From: Adineta vaga
Lineage: Eukaryota; Animalia; Rotifera
Assembly: GCA_021613535.1 (NCBI GenBank)
Contig: CP075495.1
Location: 1,178,001-1,242,000, forward strand
DNA: 64,000 bases
Direction: 5' to 3'
Below, piece by piece: positions 23,881 through 35,458 of the stretch. Made by a program: the position numbers and the translations under genes. The notes below the pieces were generated by a model that was given only the letters and a program-made list of their open reading frames with translations, had not been told where the DNA came from and ran no database searches. Each line of letters starts with the position of its first letter. Within the stretch, counting starts at the first letter, position 1.

Positions 23881-25089
23881 AGTAATATTTTCAGGTTGGG
23901 AATTGTATACGCGTTTTATATCACTTCTATAGTGTTTCTCATAAAGCTTTCGGCTCGTGACAGCTAACACTCTCCGATAGCATTGATGGCAATATAGTGT
24001 ATTTTATGTGAAAAGAATTATGAGCTTTTTTCAAGTAAAAAACGGCACCCATGCTTTCGTTTTCAAGATAACATTGGCTATATATATATATATTTATAAC
24101 TAGAAGAAAATCATTTACTTGATAGTTCATAAAATCTTATCTTTTCTTTGTAGAAACTTAAACTGGTATATCAAATATTCCAGCAACAAAGCCGTATTCC
24201 AACGTGACGTTTCTTATTAATCCATTTTTTGTGATGTTTTCTATTTACATTCGACATGTTTTTTTTCTTAATTCCGAATAAATTACCTTGTTTAGAAAGT
24301 AAATAATATGCAGGATATTAAGCGTCAATAAAAATATGATCTAGTTTGAATACGCATAAAGTTGCCTATAGGAAGTAAAAATGCATGATAAATTAAGATA
24401 AAAATGCAAAAATCATATACATGATTTCGACAGCTGATAGAAGTATGATTTTGTTTGTGGGTCGTCACCCTCGAGAGGTTATAAAAATCATACATACATA
24501 CGTTAAATTAAACGTGCTGATCGAGATATCATCAAGTTTGTTTACGTGTACAGTTACCAAGAGAAAGAAAGAACGTAGCATACATACAAAATAAGTATAC
24601 AAAGATTGTAAAGAAATTGTTGAGTAGTAGACTTTTCTTTTGAAGGCATTTGTAATCAGCCGATGTATGACTTTGTTCGTTGGTTAACATTGCCGAGATG
24701 TGACGATAAGAACTTGTAATTGCATGCACCACAGTAAACTTCAATGAAACTTATCAGTTTCTTTCTGTTATTTAAAAACGAAATTAGTGGATAATATCTT
24801 GAAGGTGTGAGTTAGCTTAAGGTCGATAACGTGGCTATATTTCGTGTTTCGTTCTTCACTTATATTTATATCGTTATTACAAACGCTATAATTGCATTTT
24901 ATATTTTATATTCAAAAGAAACAGTAATTAAGAAAACCTATTTGAAACTACGTGTGTCTTCTTTAATGTACTGGATTGAATAAAAAGAAAAGTATATAAA
25001 AGAGGAAGTTATAAAGTGTGAATTATTTAAGAATTTTATAATCAACTTATTATAGAATATTTCATTTGATAAAATTATAAAATTAACGT

Positions 25090-26290
25090 TAAAACACTGT
25101 TTGAATCAGAAGAAATTATTTCTTTACCCGTATTAGATTGACTTTTTGAAGATTTTCTCCAATAATTTTGACTTCTTCATGATCATCGTTGTTGAATTTC
25201 GATCTAAATATTTTTGATCCATTCTCTAAATATGGCTGTTTCCTCGTAGATGTTGAACTTCATATGTACTAAACCAATTTGTTGAAATGTTCGAGCAATT
25301 TCAAGTTGAGCGGGTAGATAAATCTTATTCCGAATTTCTAATGATTGTTTTAAATAAAGTAAAGCTTCTGTATAATTTCCATTGTGAATTTCTGTTTCAG
25401 CAATAGCATTTAAACATTCTATATTCGATTTATATTGAGACTTCTTATGAATGTCTAATAATCTTAATGCTTGTTCATACTGTTCAAAAGCCTTCTTATT
25501 ATTCTTACTTTTAAATGCAATGTCACTCAGTAGTTTTTGTATTTTCTAAGACTTGGTTGTCCAAATTCTAAACGTGTCTTGTATTCATTTAACTTTGTTT
25601 CACAAAACTTCAATGCATCATCGAATTTCCCTATTGCTTCATAATTCTTTCCCCAATAAATAAAACCTTTTCATTGTATTCAATTGCTTCTGCAAAGTCA
25701 GAAGTAGAAAAGAAGATCGCAGCTCTATTACTTAATGGACGATCAATGAGAAAATGATTTTTGGATAGTTATTTTTTTCAAATATCATAGGCATGATTGA
25801 ACATTTCTTTTGTTTTTTGATAATTTTTCCTTCGTAAATTAATATTACCGATTTCAACTGAGAATAGAGCATTTTCTATGATAGTTCATCCATGGTAACT
25901 AAAAGACGACCGAACATAACATGAAAACATAGTTCTTTCTATTCTTTATTGGCATAGCATCGATATATTTATGTACGACTGTCGATCGTTCATTGGTTAA
26001 AGTCATTTTGACAATCCAAACTTTCAAAATTTCATTATCAAAATATGCTTCATCGATTTTAAATATAAACGAAAGATTGAATAAAACTTCACGTTCATCA
26101 GATATGTTGCTTTGTTCTCGAATATCAGCAAATATAACAGATTTAAGCGATGAATCCACAGTAATTATAAATTATACTGATTGAATAGGATTCGTTTTCG
26201 ATAATCTCGGACGTAAGAACATGCTTGCAAGGGTGTGGGTGGGACTGATCGATAAATATACCATTCACACACCCTCACTTTCACCAACAG
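25090..26290 (-). pseudogene. ART-TPR pseudogene, 5'-truncated
   Basis: YLSIS...QSV*FIITVD...FADIREQSNISDEREVLFNLSFIFKI...VWIVKM, then TPR remnants (NYTEALLYLKQSLEIRNKIYLPAQLEIARTFQQIG) with stops and frameshifts. Confidence 0.8.
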
Positions 26291-26372
26291 TCAAAAAACG
26301 AATTTTTGGTTATAAAAAATATTTTTATTGAAAATAAAAATTATTTTTTTTTGTTCAAATTCAATCGTTTTA

Positions 26373-28457
26373 TCAAGAAATGATTTCAAACTTCTGAATT
26401 CGATGATTGTACACATCAGCAACATAAAGATTTCCTTCCAAATCAAATGATAAACCTTTGGGACGATAAAATTGATTTGATTCATTACCTTCTCCATTTC
26501 CACCAACAACAATTTCACCAACATTCTCTCCTTCATTCCATCGCATTATTCGATGATTCAAACTATCAGCTACATAGATTTGTTTCCATTGATCAACAAA
26601 CAATCCTTGAGGCCAACTCAATTGATTCAAATTAACTCCTCTACCATTCCCACCTACAACAATCGTTCCTTCTTTTGCATCTTTTTTCCATTTCATCACG
26701 CGATTATTCGAACGATCAGATACATAAATCGATTGTTCATCATCAACAAAAATATAAGATGGCCAGTTGAGTTGATTTAGTTTTTCTCCTTTTCCATTTC
26801 CACCAGCTACTAATGTTCCTTCTCCATCGTCTTCTCCAACTTTCCATCTTCTTACTTCATTCTTCCAACAATCAGAAACATAAAGAAATCCAAATTTATC
26901 CATTGATAAACCCCAACAATGAATATTTTCAATAAGAATTTCTTGTTGATTTTGATTCAACCATCGAACTACTCGAGCATTTCCCCAATCAGCAATGATG
27001 ATTGAGTGATTAGATTGATCAACAATCACATCTGTTGGTTCATACAATTGATTTATTCTCTTTCCATTTCGATTTCCACCTGCAATGATTTGTCCATCTT
27101 CCGCATTGTATTTCCAATGAATGATAAGATGATTTCCATAATCAGCAATATAAATATTTTTGTGTTCATCAACAAAGATTCCATAAGGTTCATTGAGTTG
27201 GTTTAATTTATCACCTTTTCCATTTCCTCCAGCAACAGTAATTCCATTTTGTTTGAGTTTTGTTTCTAATAAAGAAGAAAGAGAGAAAAAACAAATAATC
27301 TTTGAATTGAAGTTTTATCTGAAGATATAATTCGAGAAACTTATGAAAAGATTTTACTGGGAAAAAGATTTGAAGATTAAGATCAGTTTGATCTGTTTTG
27401 GAAAAAGAAAATTTCACTTCTAAAAGATATTCAGATATGTTTTTAACCTTATCTCAATTAAATCAAAAATTTAATGATAAAAAACTAAAGAATTTTTTCT
27501 TTGTAACAAATCAAATTATAAGAAATCCAAAGTTTCATTGTATTACTCAATCTTTTCAAATATTTTTGTTCTTTTGTTTAATATTTTCATGGTTTTAAAA
27601 GATTTGAATAAAATTTTCTTAAATGAAAAATCCAATAAACAATATTTCAATAAAATATCAAAAGTCAAATTACCTGAGAGATGATTTGATGCGATATTGT
27701 TAGTTGAAATCATTTGATTAGTTGTTGATATTGTCATTGATTCCATTTGTAATAATGGTGATACAATTGTTTCAAATGGTGGAATCTTTTCACGTAAATG
27801 AATTATAAATAAATCATTTGTTGCTTTCATTTTATCAACAACTTCAAAATAAGTTCCAGGTAACAAAAGAATTTCATTCTCTTTTTTAAAATATGAATGA
27901 GATTGAATTGATTTTCCATATGAACATTCAATGTTAAACACGGTTCTTGTCGAATTATTTCCCATAAATTTTTCAATTTTTGATATTGTTTCTGTACAAG
28001 AACTGATTCCCCACCAGAAATGATCATTATTATATTGATCAGATAAATTTCCTTCGACACCACGCCAAATTATTCCTCGATACGATGGAAGTTTATACAA
28101 AGCTGTGAGAAATAATTTAAGAAAATAAAACCATGGAATTAAATTATTTCGATCTTGTGAACGAAGTTGTTCGTTAAGTAATGTAAATAAACTTGAATGA
28201 GGTTGAGGCCATTGCATTGTATATAAATGAATTGAAGCCGATTCATCTTTTGTTAAACCATCTGCAGGGTTTCTTGAATTTCTCAATGCAATATCAATCA
28301 TTGTATCACAATTATAAAGTAAAGAATTGATCGGTTGAACAGCATCTTTTAATGAAACAAGTGGATAAATTTCATATCCACTAATTGGTGTTAAGATTTG
28401 TTCTGGTTCTTGATCAGCATCAAAAAAACGTTGTGGAATATTTCTTCTTTGAGTCAT
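26373..28457 (-). CDS. NAD:arginine ADP-ribosyltransferase-NHL repeat protein (exons 28457-27674 and 27265-26373; 558 aa)
   Basis: DGLTKDESASIHLYT, IWRGV, WWGISSCT, ENEILL (R-S-ExE). A phase-1 splice G|AA joins it in frame to six NHL blades. Confidence 0.8.
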
Positions 28458-29166
28458 TGATGAATCGTTAAAAGTAGTTTTAATGAAATAAACAATGTTC
28501 GTTTGTAATGGTTGAATGATTTTGTTTGAGTAATATTGTTTTATATATAAATTAGCAAATAGGAAGAAAAGAACGGATCGATAACATATTAAGATTGAAA
28601 GAGAAAACATGTTTTATAATTAAATAAAATTGTTGATAAATAAAGAAACAAAATGAAAATATTTTTCTTTGATAAATTAAATTTCACAAAAGATTTGAAC
28701 AAAATCTTATAATTCAAGATAATCGATATTCTACGAAATATTTTTGATTTAAATGAAGAATTTAAAAAAAAAGATTTTTCAATGAATTTAACAAAATTTA
28801 TAACAATAAAATTCACTAAAATATTTCTTTTCTTTTTTTTCAAAGGTTTAATCATTTCATATATCTACATCGTTTGTATTTCAATTGATTAATTTTCTTT
28901 TATTTCAAAAACAAATATTTATTTGAATATTTAATAGAAACCATCAGTTGTTTCGTTTGTGTTTTCAATGCTTTTTTTAGTTTTTAATTTCATTTGAATT
29001 TTATTGAAATATTTTAAAGAAAAGAAAAACATTAAAATAATAATTCTCATTTGAAAATAAAATTAACATCTTTTGTTTTGATATTTTCAAGATATTTTAC
29101 ATTTGATTTTAGAAAATAATTTGTTTAAATCGAAATTAAGGTTTTATTTGTTTAATTTTCATAATT

Positions 29167-31576
29167 TTATGAATAAATTATTTCAAATTTTTGAATACGA
29201 TGATTCTCCGAATCAACAACATAAAGATTTCCTTCCAAATCAAATGATATACCTTCGGGACTACGACACTGATTTGAGTCATTACCATATCCATTTCCAC
29301 CAACAACAATTTCACCAACATTCTTTCCTTCACACCATCGTATTACTCGATCATTCAAACTATCAGCTACATAGATTTGTTCCCATGGATCAACAAACAA
29401 TCCTTGAGGCCAATTCAATTGATTCAAATTATCTCCTCCTCCATTTCCACCTGCGACAATTATTCCTTCTCGAGCATCTTTTTTCCATTTCATCACACGA
29501 TTATTCTGTGTATCAGATACATAAACCGATTGTTGATCATCAACAAAAATATAAGTAGGAAAGTTGAGTTGATTCAGTTTTTCTCCTTGTCCATTTCCAC
29601 CAGCTACTAATGTTCCTTCTGCATCGTTTTCTCCAATTTTCCATCTTCTCGCTTCATTCTTCTTTGTATCAGAAACATACAGATATCCAAATGTATCCAT
29701 TGTTAAACTCGAACAGTGAATATTTTGAATGAGAATTTCTTGTTCATTTTGATTCAACCATCGAATTACTCGTTTATTTCCCCGATCAGCAATGATCATT
29801 GAGTGATTCGATTGATCAACAATCACATCTGTTGGTAAATTCAATTGATCAATTCTCTTTCCTTCTCCGTTTCCACCAGCAATAATTTGTCCTTGTTTTG
29901 AATTGTATTTCCATTGAATAATACGATGATTATATCTATCAGCAATATAAATATTCATGTGTTCATCGACAAAGATTCCATAAGGGTAGTTGAGTTGATT
30001 TAATTTCTCACCTATTCCACTTTCACCAGCAATAGTGATTCCATTTTTTTTCCGTTTGTTATATTTTAATTCTGAAAAATAACCAAAAGAAATTTTATTT
30101 CCTTGAAATCAAATAGAATTGATACTTTTTTAGTAATATAAAAAATAGGACCTGATTTGTAAATTATTTGTATATGAATTTTTCAAAACTATGTCAGAAA
30201 AAAAATTTTCAAAAGATAAAACAAAGAAAAGATCTTCCTGTCGTTTGTTTTTATGTGTCTCGAGACTGATTGTAAACATTTCATGTTTTCTCTACCTATC
30301 TCGATGGATTAAATGGTTAAAAACTGAGAGTGGATATTTTATCCGACGTTGAATTTTGCACAATATAATAAATAATCGAGATATTATTGACAGAAATATT
30401 TGTTTTGGAAAATCAATAATCACCCTCGAGTGATAAGAAGAAAATTTTGCTCTAAATTAATTTTATGAAATAATTACGAGATCATTTTTCTCATTACAAA
30501 AAATAATAACTATAAGATGATGTTTGATGTTTTAATGTTCGTGTTGATAAACATAAGATGCTTTTTCGAACAAATTATATATTTAATCATTTTATTATTA
30601 TTATTATTCCAGAAATAATAAGAATAAATAAAGACAATAATAACTTTTTAAGTCCTATTTTTTTTGGAGTAACTAAATCAGATTCGAATTCTTAATCCTA
30701 AGTCATTCTCAAAATACAGTTCATACCTTGATTTTCATTGTATAAAAATATATGTTTGTGTTTTAAACAAAGAGTAATATGTGGAATCTGTTTATCCTTT
30801 GATTCTTCTGAGACATCATGAGTAACATCAGCCATAACAAATCGAATATCTTCATTGGGAGTTTTGAAATGTTTTAAAAGATATTTTGTAAATAAACCAT
30901 GTTGTTCTTTATTATTTCCATCATCTGCGACTGTTCCAGGAGGACAAGCAAATGCTATTAATGATCCAGCATTTACAATCATTGGTTTTAGTCCTTGTGG
31001 ATAATTGATTTGTTCACCTCGAGCATTTTGTTGTGATTCAACATTGCGTAAAGGATAAGTTCGACAACAATCTAAGAAAAACATGGTGACGAATGGTTTT
31101 TTATCATTAATTTCATTAAGAAGATCTTGTGCGTTGATTGCAAGTCTTTTCAGATCAGAACCACTTAGTGCAACATTCTCAATAACACCATTCTTTTTCT
31201 GTTCTCTGAAGTTGTCGACTGAAATTAGATAGTTTTGTTCCTAAGAGTCAATCAATATCAAAACTATAGTTTTAACTATTCTAATTACCTCCCATTGTGT
31301 TCCATGTCCAGCAAAATAAAATAAAACCATATCTCCTGTTTCTATTGATGACTGAAAATCAGTGATAGTATCATAGAATTCTCTGTATGTTAGATTTATC
31401 TGTGGTTCATCACCATAAATAATAAATCCGATATTTTTCAACATAGACGCCATTTCTTTTGCATCATTGATTGTATTTGGTAAACGTCTGTTCATAACAT
31501 AATCACTAATTCCAATTACAAGCGCTCTTTTACGACGTAGATTATTTGAAGATATATTTTTGATCGCAGTAGCCAT
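29167..31576 (-). CDS. Caspase-like (peptidase C14)-NHL repeat protein (exons 31576-31289, 31240-30727, 30071-29167; 568 aa)
   Basis: RALVIGISDY, NDA, FYFAGHG (His), NYLI, FLDCCR (Cys), GLFTKYLL, QIP. A 48-bp intron and a phase-1 splice G|AA lead to six NHL blades. Micro-exons in the second intron cannot be excluded. Confidence 0.8.
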
Positions 31577-32691
31577 TAGCAATAAGTTCGATCTATTATA
31601 ACACTATAGTGATTTTCATGATATTTTTTCTAAGCATAATTTCTATATAAAACTTCCAATAGTAAAATCAGTGATATCAATCGGATTAAAAAAAAGTATT
31701 CTAATCTGTGATTGTATGTAAATCTCACTAAACGTTCTCTATATAAAGTAATTTTTAGTTATTTTTTCCAACCATGCGTATCTTTTAAAACATAATAGAA
31801 ATAATAAAAATAAAATATAACTTGCACAGATAAGAAAAGAAAATGCTTTAAGATGAATAAAATCCCTTTATCTATCTATATCACAAATATAAATTATTGA
31901 TTAGAATCGTTTGATAATCAATGTAAAGAAGAACAATTAATGTAACAAGAAAAAGAATTTTTTTTTAGAAAAAACGATGCTTATTAAACATTATTTTGAT
32001 TTCAAAATGGAATAAATAATATGAAAAATTTAATTAAAATAATGATGATTAATTCAAGTGTAAAAGATCCATAATAACTGATGTGGAGGAGAGTGAAAAG
32101 ATTATCCTACTCGAAGAACTTGATTGTTATTGAAGGTGTTGTGGATGATGATCGAACACTTGGATAAATCGAATTTAAATTATCATTTATCAGAATTGTA
32201 GCCATCACAATCGATGAATAAGTTAATAGCTCATGAGCATCTTCAATCATACCCAATTGATATGTATAATATGCTGTGCAAACATAAAAAGCAAAAACAA
32301 TAATGTTCAATTCCAAGCAAGAAAAACATAGTAACTTACCTGTTTATAGTATTTTATATATGTGATAGGACTCAATTGAATTATACTCTGAATCAATATA
32401 GTATCACAGCTTGTTATCTTGTGTATAGTAAAATAGTGAGAACATTTATTTTACGAGTTATTCGTCAAGGAAGTATGTCTTGGTCTATTTTCTGAATTTA
32501 TTAGTTGAATAGGAGCACAAGTTCTTCGTCAAAAGACGGTTCACAATGTTATTCGACCTACAACGTAACAATTTTAACTGTAATACTTTCATATTCGTTT
32601 GACAGATATATTCTGACCGAATACCGGCATTTATTTAGTGAATAGAACTTTATTTTTTGCAAATTTATCGCTAAAATAATAAATCGAATGT

Positions 32692-33222
32692 TTATTGACT
32701 TTTCTTCTTTTCATGAATTGGTTCAGGATTTTCTTGTGCTTGTTTATATTGAATAATTGGTATAAACCATGCGATTATATTGAGTAGGAAAAGTAATGAT
32801 TGATAATAATTTAGTTCAACAAGAATATCTTTTGAATTTGTTTCGATAAATTTCTTCTCTAATGATACTGTATGTCCAAAACTAATAAATAATGTTGAAA
32901 ATAGTTGTATCGCTCGAATAATACTCATTAAAGTACGTTTTAGTGGATATTTTTTGGTAAAAATTCTCACTAGATCACTACATGCCTCAAATACTGCTAA
33001 TGGAATTGTTAAAAGTGAAAGTAAATGCCACCAATGCCATATAGATGAATTTCCTTTAAATAATAAATATTTTCGATAAAGTTCAACTTGATTTTCATTA
33101 AGAACATAATTTGATAAACTGTATTCAATAGTTTGAACAGTGAGAAAGTATGTACTAAATAATACACCAATAACTATTGGAGAAATAGGTGAATTTTTAT
33201 TTACTGGTTTTGTCGACGACAT
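32692..33222 (-). CDS. Hypothetical ~4-TM membrane protein with C-terminal KKxx
   Basis: 176-aa ORF with four hydrophobic segments, ending KKKSQ. Confidence 0.7.
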   Translation of the reverse strand: MSSTKPVNKNSPISPIVIGVLFSTYFLTVQTIEYSLSNYVLNENQVELYRKYLLFKGNSSIWHWWHLLSLLTIPLAVFEACSDLVRIFTKKYPLKRTLMSIIRAIQLFSTLFISFGHTVSLEKKFIETNSKDILVELNYYQSLLFLLNIIAWFIPIIQYKQAQENPEPIHEKKKSQ

Positions 33223-33855
33223 TATTCAAATGAAATCTAAATTGTAAACTATACGACGTTTTTCTTTTCAAAAAATGTGCATTACGTACATGAGTAGACG
33301 AAAGTATTCTGTTTTTCGATCCCTTATCGCACGCGCGAATTAACACATAAAGGTAAATATAATGAATATAAATAGCCGACAACGTGCATGTTTTGACTTT
33401 TCTGTCGGTGGATGTCGTGAGAGTACTGTATTGCATTTCGCCTTCGCTTTTGACGAGAGAAACACCCGTATTCTCAACTATTTCACAAGTTTTCGCAATT
33501 ATGGGTCGAATTATGAATGAAAAGAAAAGACTCTGAGATGGATTCATAATATTTTGAAATAAAACAACATGAAGTTTTAGAGCTCTTTCTCTCTTCCATT
33601 GACGACAACCTTTCATATCTACAAAATAACACTCTAGAAGAATAAAATATACGTATGGATGTTCGATATAAATGACAGTCAAGTCAACAATACCATATTG
33701 ACTTATTGTAGTGTGTGAGAGAGATAAGATATAGTTTATGTTACAAATGAAAATATCATCATCTAGAAATATCCTATTGTTTATTTATTTTTCTTTTCTT
33801 TCAATAAACAGTCAAGAGTGTATAACCTATTGATTCATAAAAATAAAAACAAACT

Positions 33856-34134
33856 TTATTTATCTCTTAAACGAAGTTGTTCATCAACTTTTAATTGTCG
33901 TTCATATTGTTCAATATTTAATCGACGTTGTTCTTCTCGCCGAGTTATATCTGTTAGAATATTTGCACGTTTTCTCTAAAGAATGTTATTCTATGTTTCC
34001 ATTTTTTCTTTCTTATTCAAAAATAAATTTCATCATACTTTTTTTTCATCATTGAGATAATAAGTGACAGCATATGCAGTTACACCTGTAAGAACAATTG
34101 AACTAACAAAAAATATACGGGCACCAGTCGACAT
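33856..34134 (-). CDS. PET117: Cytochrome c oxidase assembly factor PET117-like (exons 34134-34039, 33975-33856; 71 aa)
   Basis: MSTGARIFFVSSIVLTGVTAYAVTYLNDEKK|RKRANILTDITRREEQRRLNIEQYERQLKVDEQLRLRDK*. N-terminal hydrophobic helix, then the DIxR..NI...Q...EQL pattern. Not in the ORF track. Confidence 0.75.
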
Positions 34135-34357
34135 AGAATTGTTCTTTAACTAGAAGAAAGTATTTCATCGAGAAAAATATCTTAGGTAATTTGTGGATTA
34201 ACATCAAATTTCATATGATCAACAGAGGTCATTATTCAACAATACAAATACGTATATGTTTAGAGAGGTCTTTATCATTAAATTGATTGCACGTATATTT
34301 TGATTTGCATCTAATATCAAGAAAGAAAGAAAACAAACAAATAAACTCATTGAACAA

Positions 34358-35105
34358 ATGTTGAAAGTATTTAAACAAGAAATCAATGGATTGATTCCAT
34401 TTGCTTATGAATATTTCTTATCCATACCACCGAAATATAATACTAATGAAGAGAAAAAATGGCCATTTCTTTTATTTCTACATGGTGCTGGAGAAATTTC
34501 TCCTCCCATTAAAAAAGTATTAGCTCATGGTCCACCAAAATTGATCAATGCATATTTCACGAATCAATTTGATAATATTGATAAAGAATCTGCGACAATT
34601 TTAGCAGAAAATTTCATTACATGTTCACCACAAGTTAGTCAAGGTTACGGATGGAATAGTCAAGTTCTAACTGATCTTATTCATCAAATAATTGATAACT
34701 ATAGAATTGATTCAAATAGAATCTATTGTACAGGAATTAGTATGGGTAAGTAAATTTATTTGTATATGATATGTACAGATCAATGAAATTTTATATTATC
34801 AAGGTGGTTATGGTACATGGTCTTTAGCAATGGAACAACCGAATCTTTTTGCTGCAATAATTCCGATTTGTGGTGGTGGTGATGAAAAGAAAGTTTCATG
34901 TTTAAAAACTTTACCCATATGGAATTTTCATGGTCAATTAGATGATGTCATTCCTGTTGATAGATCGCATAGTTTAATTAAGAATTTAAATAGTGATCTA
35001 TGTCAATCAACAATTTATCCTGATTTAGAACATGATTCATGGACTCGAACTTACAATAATAAAGATATTTATCTCTGGTTACTTCAACAGACCAAATCAA
35101 ATTGA
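34358..35105 (+). CDS. Bacterial-type alpha/beta hydrolase (phospholipase/carboxylesterase-like); intron 34746-34803
   Basis: WPFLLFLHGAGE, SPQ, RIYCTGISMG|GYGTW, FAAIIPICGGG, PIWNFHGQLDDVIP, HDSW (Ser-Asp-His). Confidence 0.88.
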
Positions 35106-35458
35106 TTTTCAGCGATAAAAGATGTCGCTAATACCAAATAAAAACAAAAGACAAATGTTTTCAATAAAAAATTATTTAATAATAAAATTCGAGTATAAAA
35201 AACTGATTTCTTATTTAATTTCCAATGCATTTCACGGAGGATGAAAAACAAAACAAAACACACACTCAAATATTTCCTTTTCAATAAACAATGGATATAG
35301 ATAAAAATCACTTTCATTTGAAATTATTTTCTACTGTTAAAACATACATGATGAACTTTTCTGAAATAGGTGATAACTATAATGATCTTCTATTTAAATG
35401 ATCGATAGGACTGATATGTTTTAACAAAATAAATCGTGCGGGAAAACTATTTCTATTC

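Noticed and set aside
26229-26285. Telomere-like TGTGGG/TGAGGG hexamers at the pseudogene breakpoint
   Set aside because: Only isolated units on opposite strands, explained by the residual ART reading frame.
32107-32316. 69-aa hydrophobic ORF
   Set aside because: Non-ATG start and no recognisable motif.
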